A stretch of DNA of 64,000 bases from Octopus bimaculoides. Its lineage: Eukaryota. Below the pieces are notes generated by a model. That model did no database searches and had not been told where the DNA came from. It saw nothing but the letters and a program-made list of their open reading frames with translations. Position 1 is the stretch's first letter, and each line of letters opens with the position of its first letter. This document shows, piece after piece, positions 14,324 to 26,984 of this stretch. The translations under genes were made by a program, and so were the position numbers. The stretch is taken from the NCBI RefSeq assembly GCF_001194135.2, contig NC_068981.1:44126735-44190734 (forward strand), written 5' to 3'.

Positions 14324-14654
14324 NNNNNNNNNNGTCAGGCGGTGATGGGGGAACAAACATAGACACAAAGACACATATAGATATATACATACATACATAC
14401 ATACAAGCATACATATGTGTGTGTGTGTGTGTGTGTGAGTGTGTGTGTGTGTGTATATGTATATGCATGCAAATATACGTGTGAGAGTGTGTGTCCGTAC
14501 GTGTACATATCAATAGATGTGTTTGCTCTCATGTGCATGTGAAAAAATATATAAAGGATATCAGCACGGTTTTATACGTGAAATATTGAAATATTTCATT
14601 CAGAAAGACTTGATCAACTGATCCTTTGACAAAAATAATATTCTATTCATTTGA

Positions 14655-14890
14655 GGCGGTGAGCTGGCAGAAACCTTAGCACGCCAGGAAAAATGCCCAG
14701 CGGTATTTTGTCTACCGTTAGGTTCTGACTTAAAATTCCGCCGAGGTCGACTTTATCTTTCATCCTTTCGAGGTTGAATTAAATAAGGACCAGTTACGCG
14801 TTGTAGTCGATGTAGTCGACTTAATTCCTTTGTCTATCCTCGTTTGTCCTCTCTATGTTTAGCCCCCTGTGGGCAATAAAGAAATAAATA
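14655..14890 (+). mobile_element. Octopus-type SINE family A
   Basis: ggcggtgagctggcagaaacc...aaattccgccgaggtcgacttt...catcctttcgagg...gggcaataaagaaataa. Confidence 0.85.
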
Positions 14891-15489
14891 TTCTATTCAT
14901 CTAAACTGAAGCAGATTTATCCGTTCACGTGCACGGTCCTCTAAATTTCTCGACATCTGATTATAGTTTCCTTAAGAACAGTTTCTCTCTGCTGCTTATT
15001 GTTTATTTTTCACATTATACTATCATTGCATTCATATGTTTCGAAGTCCTACGTCAACCTTGCATGCTTGGTTTCTAACCAACACATCCTACTACACACC
15101 AGTTACCTTCATTCCAACCTCATTTACTTACCTGCAATGTGACACTTTCTCTCAATGATAAATGTAAAATAATTATCGAAATTTCCTATGCTAGAAGGCA
15201 CTAGTCAAAACGTTCACACGGTGGATCAAATTTAGTCGGCTTTTGTAATGTCTTTGGTCCTTGTTGACGATATAAATGAATTTCAAAACTGCTGGCATCA
15301 TAAATTTACTTGGTTGTAATAAGCAACATGAAAAAGAAAACAAGCAAGTCCATTACATATACAATCTTTTCCTTCATAAATTAAAAAACTTATATTTCAA
15401 TGTACTGTTTTCTCATTGCTTAATCACAAAGAATCGCCGCTCCACACTGGTACTGTATTTCATCCGTCAGTGAAACTAAGGGAATGTGA

Positions 15490-15760
15490 TGATATGGGGC
15501 CTACTGTTTAAAGTGTTGGGTTCCGGGCTGTGAAGTTGTGGGTTCACCTACTGGACCTGGCAACACGCTCAGTACATTTTTACGTTTCTCCAGTCTACTC
15601 AACTGTAATGCGTGTCAGCCCCATACTGGTGCAGGCCTTCATCTCTACATGTCACATCTGCAATGTTCCACTAGGACCAAGGTTGTATGGGCCAAGAATC
15701 TGACTAGTCTACCCCCGAGCACATAGGTACCTGACGCAGTTAGTGGAAGTACGGCCCATA
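15490..15760 (+). mobile_element. Degenerate tRNA-headed SINE
   Basis: A/B-box-like head (ggggcctactgtttaaagtgttgg...gtgggttcacctactgg) followed by non-tRNA body. Confidence 0.4.
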
Positions 15761-17478
15761 ATACTAAATCATGTTCACTTACAGTTGAAGACCGCTTGTG
15801 CTTTAAAAATAAATGAATTTATATCTGCTGAACATGCTAGAAATACTCGCTATATTTCATTTGAAGAGCACCCTGCTCTCCGATAGCTTTAAAAATGTGG
15901 TCCTACATTCACTGCAACTAAAGAAACAAAACAGAAAGTAAACTGTTATAGCCAGAACATTTTCAATCATAGGTTTGCTCTATCAGTGTTGATTGGAAAT
16001 ATACTGTAAGAATGTCTAATCTATGTTTTCTATCCATAACATGAGTTCGACATAAGTTCCATTCCTGTCATCAATAATCTAAGGAGGCCATATAATAAGA
16101 ATGCTGTATAAATCAATTCAGACACATAAACAGTTTTTTTAGTGATTTCCATTCTCTGAACTTTTTAATCACTGCTCAACCAACGTCTAACACCTGACAA
16201 CACCAATTTGTAAAAATTCAATGCGTATTCATTCTTTTTTTTTTAAATGTTTATGTAGAACAAACTAATGTCTCGCATAATACACAGGAAGACGATTTTC
16301 ATAGTGATTATTTCACCATTGATTTCTTTTTTGTGGTTTCAGCCCTTGAACTGCATCCATGCTAGGCCATCGCCTTCAAGGCTTTTTAGTCAATTACCAA
16401 ACGATCATAGTCTGCTATTGATCTCTTTTATCGAAAGATAAACTTAACGTTTTGCACATAAAAACGTAGCAATACATATCTATTGTGCTAATCACTAGCA
16501 CACATAAATTTTCACACACTGATACTGATGATTGTTATGGGTATAACCCAGCTATTTGCTAAATGAGTGGGTATAAAACTGTCGGACTTTTGAGTTATCT
16601 GTAGTAATCTCAGCTAAGAAAATATTACATAGACTCCTCTGTAATATATAACACACACACATACATGAATTAGGTCTTTTCACAGTTTCTGCTTTTCAAA
16701 TTAGACTCAAAGTAGTGTTCAATCCGAGTTTATATGAAGTTTTCTTAGATGCCATGTTGTGAAATCAAGCCAAAAACAACATGAAAGCGAAGCGCACTTC
16801 TTCATCACGCTACAATTCATGTTAACTAATTCCACATAATTATAGCAGAAATATATCCCTATTTCTAATGTTGAAGTCCTTCAAGCGGTTGCTTGGCATG
16901 GAACATTGGCCTGACTAATTAGGGTTCAATTGCAATGACAGGAATGCACCAAAATTAAAATTTGAAGTACAATACTTAGCAGTTGGTAATATTTACAGCA
17001 ACTATTTAAATAAAGTTGTCACTTGATATCGAATGCACCTGGATATTCTAATGCGTTTTCCTAAGTCTGTCTATTTCATTAAACATTCATCATCAGTTTA
17101 ACACTACCACATAGCGTAGTATACACTTAACAGAATATAATCATGTCCATTACCACTAATAATATGGCATTTAACTATCTGACATATTTCCTATCATGGC
17201 GCATCAAAATCTTTCATAGATTCCTTTGTAAGGGCAATATACTAAATTTGATCTAACAGTCTCTTCTTCTACATTTGAGTCATTTTCTTTTTTCTTTTGT
17301 AAAGCAACTGTAAAAATGAAATTCGATAAATTTCTTGTAATATTGCGAGAATAGGATCACTAAATAATGTACGTTTCCTTCACATTTGTCATTTTTGTTT
17401 CAAATTATATACATATAGTTATTTTCTTATTACGAATTCGTATTAGCAACATTTTACGCCATGTATATTTGTTGATGT

Positions 17479-17860
17479 GGAGGTGCAATGGCCCAGTGGT
17501 TAGGGCAGCGGATTCGAGGTCACAGGATCGCGGTTTCGATTCCCAGACCGGGCGTTGTGAGTGTTTATTGAGCGAAAACACCTAAAGTTCCACGAGGCTC
17601 CGGCAGGGGGTGGTGGCGAACCCTACTGTACTTTTTCACCACAACTTTCTCTCACTCTTTCTTCCTGTTTCTGTTGTACCTGCATTTCAAAGGACCAGCC
17701 TTGTCACACTCTGTGTCACGCTGAATCTGCCTGAGAACTACGTTAAGGGTACACGTGTCTCTGGAGTGCTCAGTCACTTGCACGTTAATTTCACGAGCCG
17801 GCTGTTCCGTTGACCGGATCAACTAGAACCCTCGTCGTCGTAACCGACGGAGTGCTAACC
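17479..17860 (+). mobile_element. tRNA(Arg)-like-headed SINE (cf. octopus OR-type SINEs)
   Basis: Head ggaggtgcaatggcccagtggttagggcagcgg...ggtttcgattcccagaccgg with Pol III A and B boxes, then ~300 bp body. Confidence 0.75.
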
Positions 17861-18336
17861 ACAAATTTGTTGATGGATATTCCCTTGCGAATACAGTTAG
17901 CAATTCACACCTAGTTTTAACTGAGAATTGAAATAGCTATCTACTTAAAATTTATTTCATAATCATATAGTTTCAAGTTCGATACCATATTGGACCAGTC
18001 CGGCATTACAAATAATGCAGTACCGATACGAGGCATGCCCATTAAATGAACTGATGTGTATCAGTTGTAATTTGTCTGCCATTTCCACACCAGTCTTGTT
18101 TGAGATACGCAGAAATTATACTTTAAAAGTGATATAATTGGTGTGTCATTGTGTTGTTTCTAAGTTTTCTAGTTATTCAAATAACTCAGATTTATCCGGA
18201 TACAATAGATACGATAGATGCTTCTAAAGAAAGGAATTATTAACTACCCACAACACAGATAAATAGTTGAAAGGACATTTTTCTTGATTGCTCTAAGATA
18301 ATATCTGTTTTAATTAATATGTAATGAACCAATATA

Positions 18337-18558
18337 CAGTAATCCCTCGACTATCGCGTGTGTTACGTTAAAAAAACCGCACGATAGGTGAAAATCCGCG
18401 AAGTAGAAGCAGTACTGTACTGTATATATTTTGAAATTATTTTTGTAATTTGTATATATTTATTTTATTATAAATGCAAAACAACACAACGGAGGAATCG
18501 ACATAAGCTTAAATAATAAACCGCGATGGGTGAACTGCGGTACGGCGAGGGATTACTG
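18337..18558. mobile_element. Tigger/pogo-like MITE (Tc1/mariner superfamily)
   Basis: Perfect 13-bp TIR cagtaatccctcg...cgagggattactg, TA on both sides. Confidence 0.85.
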
Positions 18559-19328
18559 TATTTGAATCTACTTAAAACTGAATACATCCACACAGAAAAC
18601 GCTGTTAGTCATTGCAGTTGTGTTACATAAATTCCTGGCTCGCTAGAATTCACTACACAGTTTGCGTATTTGTGTGAGGTTGAGCTACAGTTGAAACTTT
18701 GAATTTAGAAACAGTAACATACACACGGAGTGGGAGTGAGAAATAAAGAAAGAGAGATAGAGGGAAAGAGAGAGTGAGACGGGCGTAGAGAAGTTTTACA
18801 ATAACCATTACCATGATAGTGATGTTGGTGATGAGTATGATGTTCATGATGGTGACAGTTAAGTATTGTAATTAGCTCGCACTTGATAAAGTATACATAT
18901 GCTTATTATTTTTCTTTCGAAATGGTGGAGTGTCAGAAAGAGTAAACTGTTCGACTAAATAATTTGTAGTTTAGATAACTCTCTTGAAATTTTGAGTTAA
19001 AAATCTGTGCAGGTACATTTTGCTTTCCATTACCCATCCCACGTGATCGATAAAAGATATTCAAGTTAAGTTGATAAATGAAGTACTCTGATGTGTATCA
19101 TCGATTATACCCTAGAATTATTATTGTAACCTAGATAAAAACAAGTAATCAAAGTACCAATAATGCAAATTGGCTCCTTACAGAAAAGGTTTAGTTTGCT
19201 TAATTATGTCCAACAGGGTGTTACTATACATGTGTTGTTACACACAAGTATGAAAGTGCATATCTTATAATGTTTCAATATACAGAGTTATACACACACA
19301 AACCTAGAAACACACATATATGCATGTG

Positions 19329-19383
<55 letters not shown>

Positions 19384-20003
19384 ATATATATATATATACG
19401 TATATATACACACACACTCACACATATAATTTTATGCGTGTATATATGTATAATAATTTGTGTATTTGTGTGATGAGTGCTCTCTGTGTCAATTTATTGT
19501 GTGATTTTTGCATTTATCTATTCAAGGCATATTTTTGGAATTATCTTCCTTTTATTTAGCCGTTAAGTTACGAAAGAACTGGTATTTACAAAACATAATC
19601 TGCTTCAGAAGTATCTATATAGATATTGATAACAATAACTTAAATTTTTTTTTGCATAGGACAATAGGCAGATCATTCAGAGCCAACGCATCAATATACA
19701 AATCTACCCTAAAGAATATTCCAGTAATATCCATCTGCATGGATAGATTTCAAGAATGATATCAACAACAGCAATTGTAACAATAACAGTAATGATCAAA
19801 AGTAAAAGAAAAAATAACGCATTTAGATCATTATTATGCTAAGCAAAATATGGAATCATAGAAGTGTGGTTGGATGAGATTATTATTAGTATCATCATTA
19901 TTATTATTATCATTAATTTTTTCGTCTTTGAGTCTCTATTGTTACTGTTCTTCGGCATAGACAAGTTAAGGAAGAGAAAAGCAAAAATGAATAAAATATC
20001 AGA

Positions 20004-20058
<55 letters not shown>

Positions 20059-20861
20059 TTTTTATTTACCATTAATGCTGTAGTATAAATGTAACAAAGG
20101 CAATATCAAATTCATGCTCACATTAAAACGAAAAAAATAATTTGTTTATATCCACTATTCTGAATGTATGCCATTATGATACATGCATATAAGTGTGCGT
20201 TTATGTGTTGTATACATTTGTGTGATCATATGTTTATTTATAACTGAACATATCTTTGAACATATGTGTATACGTACAATAATTCATACACATAACTCAT
20301 GCAGATACATACGTATATATATATATAAGTATATATATATAAAGATATATATATGCATATACTCATATATNNNNNNNNNNTATATATATATATATATATA
20401 TATACGCATGCATATATAATTATACATAGATACATTTACATGCGTGTGTCTGTATGTGTGTGTGTTTGTGTGTGTGTGTACATAATCACATGAAAGTTCA
20501 TATATCTTGAATTCTATATCGGTAATTCATGAAACCTTTACCCACAATAATAAAATAACCACCGCAAACTATTAAGTTAGACAGTAATAAGCATGTAGAC
20601 TAGTGGTTAACTAGCAACTATTTCAGGTATTTCTGACTTATGATTTGATTCGACTAATTGAATCAACTTGAGACCAAATTTTTTCAATTTTGAAATTATT
20701 GAACATATATATAAAATCTGAATTATCTACTGCTGGAATTAAAGACTTTGAATTATGTAAAATTAAGAATCTGCTTCACTAACGTATAAACTAATTATTC
20801 TCAAAGATAGAGAAGTAATATTTTTCTCAAATGGTACCATTTCTTTTTAACATTATTACTA

Positions 20862-21854
20862 ATTACTAATTTAAATATGAATATATAAAAACTATGATTT
20901 TAAATATTCAATCAGCTTCTCTAACGTAATAAAAAGTCGAAGCGAATGATAATACTCCAGACATATGTCCCGAAGAGAGAAAATGTTTTTTTTGTTTTTT
21001 TTGGAAATATACGTAATAGTAGTTGGCAAGCGGGAAAAAAACAAAACAAAAGAGAGAAAAGGAATATAGTATACACTTGGTAAATAAATCTAAGCTCTAA
21101 TCATAAGGAAATATGGGAGGAAAACTGAAAACAAACACGTTCTCGAAATTCTTGTATTGAATTAGAAGAGCTCTCCACTCACCACCTAATAATGAAAAAA
21201 TTAATATCATTGGGATGCAGGTAAAATTCAAATCGTATTAAAGCTTGTGAAGGTGATACGCGTTTGCAAATATCACGATCGATGTGGCAGAATCGTTGTT
21301 GAACATTTTCCTTTAAGAATTAGATTATTTAGAATAGGAAAATAACATCTCCGAATTATTTTACTGTCACAGATGAAAACTTTAATGGCTATATATCTAC
21401 AATATATCTACAATAAAGACTTCGGATTTAGGTTGAACACCAGCATTGTCAATGGGATGTGTTTAGTCTATACCATAAAACACAGAATTTCACTGATATT
21501 CAATTTAACGACCTCGAACAGATGAAAAGTAAAGATGAAATCGGTGGAACTTCAAATCAGAATGTAATGAGCCGCTGGAACAAATATCGCACGGCATTAA
21601 TTTGACGATCTAAAGATTCGAGCAGCTCACTTCACATATCCCTACATTTCATATTATGGAATGCTCCCAGACTGGAATAATGTATAGTTTATATCGTAGC
21701 TGCAAAAGTATAATGTTTCAATACGGAGATATTCTTTTCTACCCTAGAATCTACACCCGAATTTTTGGGTGAGAGGGCCAGTCGATTAGATCGACCCCAG
21801 TACGCAACTGGTACTTAATTTATCGAATTCGAAAGGATGAAAGGCAAAGTCGAC
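20862..21854. repeat. ~1-kb inverted duplication, left arm
   Basis: Reverse complement of 24262-25248; few differences proximally, more distally. Confidence 0.92.
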
Positions 21855-21939
21855 GGAATTTGAACTCAGAACGTAAAGACAGACGAAATACCACTAAGCG
21901 TTTCGCCCGGATGCTAAGGTTCCGGCTAGCTCGCCGACA
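21734..21939 (-). mobile_element. SINE family A, full length, with 18-bp target-site duplication
   Basis: TSD tttcaatacggagatatt at 21716-21733 and 21940-21957. Confidence 0.88.
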
Positions 21940-22262
21940 TTTCAATACGGAGATATTTATAAAACAAAGCATTCAGTACCGCTGTGTTATGCCAGCAGTT
22001 GTATTGCTATTCTGCCACACTCGCGTGACATGGCTTGTAAACGGGTACAACTTTTATACTCATATCCATGAGTATTTCAGTCGTTCAAATCTTTCAAACG
22101 TTGTATACATTTGTAAAATTCCACTTTCTCCAAACGAAAATGTCATACATATACGTAAAACTTGCCAGATCATATAAACAATCAATGATTTTTATAAAGA
22201 TATAAAATACATATATTTTGTTTTCATTTCATTGATTGTCATTGTATCGATCATTTCGTGTC

Positions 22263-22950
22263 NNNNNNNNNNNNNNNNNNNNNNNNNNNNNNNNNNNNNN
22301 NNNNNNNNNNNNNNNNNNNNNNNNNNNNNNNNNNNNNNNNNNNNNNNNNNNNNNNNNNNNNNNNNNNNNNNNNNNNNNNNNNNNNNNNNNNNNNNNNNNN
22401 NNNNNNNNNNNNNNNNNNNNNNNNNNNNNNNNNNNNNNNNNNNNNNNNNNNNNNNNNNNNNNNNNNNNNNNNNNNNNNNNNNNNNNNNNNNNNNNNNNNN
22501 NNNNNNNNNNNNNNNNNNNNNNNNNNNNNNNNNNNNNNNNNNNNNNNNNNNNNNNNNNNNNNNNNNNNNNNNNNNNNNNNNNNNNNNNNNNNNNNNNNNN
22601 NNNNNNNNNNNNNNNNNNNNNNNNNNNNNNNNNNNNNNNNNNNNNNNNNNNNNNNNNNNNNNNNNNNNNNNNNNNNNNNNNNNNNNNNNNNNNNNNNNNN
22701 NNNNNNNNNNNNNNNNNNNNNNNNNNNNNNNNNNNNNNNNNNNNNNNNNNNNNNNNNNNNNNNNNNNNNNNNNNNNNNNNNNNNNNNNNNNNNNNNNNNN
22801 NNNNNNNNNNNNNNNNNNNNNNNNNNNNNNNNNNNNNNNNNNNNNNNNNNNNNNNNNNNNNNNNNNNNNNNNNNNNNNNNNNNNNNNNNNNNNNNNNNNN
22901 NNNNNNNNNNNNNNNNNNNNNNNNNNNNNNNNNNNNNNNNNNNNNNNNAC
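22263..22950. other. Assembly gap (one of 12 N-runs: 4541-5391, 12375-12528, 14324-14333, 20371-20380, 22263-22950, 23712-23810, 29648-29861, 31304-31450, 33043-33104, 36598-36923, 38321-38834, 49328-49963)
   Basis: Runs of N, most flanked by (TA)n/(GT)n/(GA)n; short-read draft assembly. Confidence 0.95.
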
Positions 22951-23530
22951 ACTACATTCAAACATGTGCACAGACATATAATCAGAATAGCTGGGTGAGG
23001 TTTGTTTTCCATGGGTTCGCAGGTGAGATTTGAGGCCAGCCAAGGACAGACATGGTCTGTCACAGACTGTGCACACAAAAAGGTCCTTGTCATTCACCTT
23101 CTCAGTCTTCACCTTTTTCCTTAAATGTCTCTTGAGCCCTGCTTGCATCATCCTGGCCTCTTCAAATGCTTTCACTCCACTCCACACCCTTGTTCGCCAT
23201 CCAACTCGATCTGAAGCGAGGACTTCTATATCTTTTGGAGCCATTCCAATTGACTTCATAGCAGTCCTTATGCCATCCTTAAACCTTTTTTTAGGTTTAT
23301 GCCGATAACGTTTCCCCTCTGCAAGCTCACCATAAATAGATAGATATACGAGTCTAATGCGCATCTATATTAAACACAGTGATCGATTCGATCATAGCTG
23401 CTTCAGCTCAGAATGGTGTTATAATGTTCATCTAGTTGGGTTGCATCTATCATTGCAGGCCGTGTCACTTCAACCGCCTGGTGTAGAGAAAGATGTAATG
23501 TGTTCTCATTGGGATGATGTTCTGGGTAGG
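22951..23530 (-). mobile_element. RTE-clade LINE 3' relic with C2H2 zinc finger
   Basis: IYGELAEGKR..KPKKRFKD...SDRVGWR...G...FE..R...CTVCDRPCLSLAGLKSHLRTH; runs into the gap. Confidence 0.85.
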
Positions 23531-24006
23531 TGAAATTTATAGAGGGAATTATAGTGATATAAACATAGCCACATAGATAGATGTGCCTATATATATGTAA
23601 GTGTTTCTGTTTGTGTGTTTGTGTGTTTTTGCCTGAATGTATATGCACACATACACACATACACACGCGCACACACACGCGCACACACTCATATATATAT
23701 GTACATACACANNNNNNNNNNNNNNNNNNNNNNNNNNNNNNNNNNNNNNNNNNNNNNNNNNNNNNNNNNNNNNNNNNNNNNNNNNNNNNNNNNNNNNNNN
23801 NNNNNNNNNNNAAACACAAGCGCATTGAACATATAGATCCTAAAAGCATAAAAAAATGTACATTTATATACATATACAAAAGATAATAGAACCTGCAAAA
23901 GCAATATAGATGAAATCGTTTGAGGAAAACAACAGGGCATAAATCTATGCATATAAACGGCGACTTAGGTGTTGAAAACGATAAAAATTTTAAAAATCAA
24001 ATTTGT

Positions 24007-24180
24007 AAAATATAAGACGATAGCCAGAAAAATGTCCATTCAGAGTCAATTTTTATGGCCGATTCAAAGGTCATCGCCAAATTTGAAATATGATACATAA
24101 TTGAAATTTGGCGATGTCCTTTGAAAAAGGCCGTAGAAATTGACGCCGAACGGATTTTTCTGGTTATCGTCTTATATTTT
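24007..24180. repeat. 174-bp imperfect palindrome (MITE/foldback-like)
   Basis: aaaatataagacgatagccagaaaaat...catcgccaaattt pairs with aaatttggcgatg...atttttctggttatcgtcttatatttt. Confidence 0.85.
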
Positions 24181-24261
24181 AATATTATTTAAGTTACGTA
24201 TATTATGATCGTTCCAACTACGTAGTCACCGTTTGTATGCATAGATTCATTCCATGTTTTT

Positions 24262-25248
24262 GTTGACTTTGCCTTTCATCCTTTCGGATTCGATAAATTA
24301 AGTACCAGTTGCGTACTGGAGTCGATCTAATCGACTGGCCCTCTCACCCAAAATTTTGGGCCTAGATCATAGGGTAGAAAAGAATATCTCCGTATTGAAA
24401 CATTATACTTTTGCAGCTACGATATAAACTATACATTATTCCAGTCTGGGAGCATTCCATAATATGAAATGTAGGGATATGTGAAGTGAGCTGCTCGAAT
24501 CTTTAGATTGTCAAATTAATGCCGTGCGATATTTGTTCCAGCGGCTCATTACATTCTGATTTCAAGTTCCACCGATTTCATCTTTACTTTTCATCTGTTC
24601 GAGGTCGTTAAAATGAATATCAGTGAAATTCTGTGTTTTATGGTATAGACTAAACACATTCCATTGACAATGCTGGTGTTCAACCTAAATCCGAAGTCTT
24701 TATTGTAGATATATTGTAGATATATAGCCATTAAAGTTTTCATCTGTGACAGTAAAATAATTCGGAGATGTTATTTTCCTATTCTAAATAATCTAATTCT
24801 TAAAGGAAAATGTTCAACAACGATTCTACCACATCGATCGTGATATTTGCAAATGCGTATCACCTTCACAAGCTTTAATACGATTTGGATTTTACCTGCA
24901 TCCCAATGATATTAATTTTTTCATTATTAGGTGGTGAGTGGCGAGCTCTTCTAATTCAATACAAGAATTTCGAGAACGTTTTTGTTTTCAGTTTTCCTCC
25001 CATATTTCCTTATGATTAGAGCTTAGATTTATTTACCAAGTGTATACTATATTCCTTTTTCTCTTTTGTTTTTGTTTTTTCGGTTTGCCATCTACTATTC
25101 CGTATATTTCCAAATAAAAAAGCGATCTTCTATCTTCGGGACATTCTATCTGGAGTATTATCGTTCTCTTCGACTTTTCGTTACGTTAGAGAAGCTGATT
25201 GAATATTTAAAATCTTAGTTTTTCTATATTCATATTTAAATTAGTAAT
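24262..25248. repeat. ~1-kb inverted duplication, right arm
   Basis: Reverse complement of 20862-21854; begins inside a SINE. Confidence 0.92.
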
Positions 25249-26911
25249 ATTACATATTAGAATATTTCTTTCTTATTGTAAATCTTTTGACAAAGTATTA
25301 TGAATATCCTGACTTCAAATTTTTTGTTGCTATTCTCGTATCTTTCCCGAAAGACATATTTGGCTCTTAAATTTGAAGCAGTTTACAAAGCATGATGCCA
25401 CAGTATTGACGCTGACATAATTGCATACGCTGTCGTAAATATAGTAACAAATGACACGATTTCAAAACGTGTAAGTATACTTTCAATTGGAATGGTCTTT
25501 TATTGCTTGATGCCTTAACAAAAATGACGGTAGCAACATGTAAAAATTATACTTTAAAAAAGTGTAAGAATTAAAACTCATGCTTTAATAATGTATATGA
25601 TTTACATTATTAACGTTATTCAGTTGAAACGTTGTGTTAACAACAAACAAGATGAGTACAAATATCCGTCAAATGTGACCGATGTAAATAATGTAATGTG
25701 AGGGTGATGTTATCTTAAAGTTACCTAATTTATTTATACAATCAAAGGTTTATATTTAATTTGATATATAGAGATTACATATATAGAGAAAAGAGAAATG
25801 TTATTTAAAATATTAAATAAATTAAATTCTGATTAGAATTTAAAAATTCAATATTTAATAAAATGTACATGCAAGAAAAAAAGTGTAGATAACAACTGCT
25901 GTAAATGAGAACGTGGGGGACATTTTCGCTCTCGCACCTGAAAAATACAAAGGAAGAGTAAAATTGAATGTAAATAATTATAGAAATGCGTATTTTAAAA
26001 CAAAAGTGAGCCTCGCTTACTCATTTATCACATAATTCATGCAAAATTGTTGAAGTGAAAGTAACTGAAAATGAAATTATCGTTACTGAAATAATGATAT
26101 TTATACAATTAAATGACAACTCCCGAGTTTAATGTTGTAACCAAATACACAGGTTGGATTTGTCTTTATATCCTGAGTAATACAACATATAGGAACGAGA
26201 GATTTAACAATGTGTACTTCAATTTGTTGTACGTATATTATGAGAAAAGATTTCATTTCTTAACTTTGTAGGAAGAGAATATTAGACAACATAATGTACA
26301 AACATTATAACATAATTCATTTGATCAAATGTATTGATTTTTACATTTATCATTGCTTGTACATGTCGAGGAATTTGTTAAACAATTTTGTATTTAAGTG
26401 TAAACAAAATGTCGAAAAGTATTTTATGAGAAGTTCAGTCAAAATTTAAAATCAAGAATACCTTACACTTTTGGAATATGACATAGGAATAGATGACAAA
26501 ATGTAGAAGTAAATAAGAATGAAAAACGCCAGTCCTGACGAAATTTAAAGGATTTTACCAATATATCTATTGTTGTCTTCTATAAGTTTGATACCTAAAG
26601 ATTTTAATTTAGTGATCAGAAAATATGCTTCCGTTGTGTTTGCAGTCAAATAAATTATGTATTTTTTAGTGATAAAATGATTCTACCGGTGTACTAAATA
26701 TCAATTAAATGTGCGATTATAAAATACGACCGAACTATATATTATAGTTTGTCTACGATTTATGAGGTGGATTATTTTGTCTCCATGCGAAAAAATATGC
26801 AATAATGAAAATGTAATCAAAATGTCCGTGCCTCACAAATATATTATTTTTTACATTTTGTATAAAAACATCAACCTCACGCAGAAGAAAAAAGGTTTCA
26901 CACAAATGCAA

Positions 26912-26984
26912 CTAACCACTCGTAGGATCCGGATTGCTTTCAAGATCATGCTTGTCTAAGCTCTGAGATTTGATGTTACAGAAC
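26912..26984 (-). CDS. Gene 1 exon 13, probable last coding exon, FCNIKSQSLDKHDLESNPDPTSG*
   Basis: Acceptor gatttttgtatttcag; in-frame TAG at 26912-26914; a GTTAGT donor at 26916 overlaps the stop, so an alternative 3' end is possible. Confidence 0.7.

Noticed and set aside
15783-15917. 135-nt segment with strong minus-strand acceptor and GTAAGT donor
   Set aside because: Stops in all three frames; looks like interspersed repeat sequence.
22192-23364. 390-aa ORF with a C2H2 finger as a host zinc-finger gene (octopus has expanded C2H2 genes)
   Set aside because: Most of it is gap. The finger follows RTE ORF2 motifs (YGEL..GKR...KRFKD), so it is a LINE C-terminus.
25330-26700. hAT (Charlie/Buster-like) transposase relic suggested by VTNDTISKRV and TDVNN
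   Set aside because: Only two short motifs in very AT-rich DNA, no TIR or TSD, and the region holds strong minus-strand splice signals. Unsupported.
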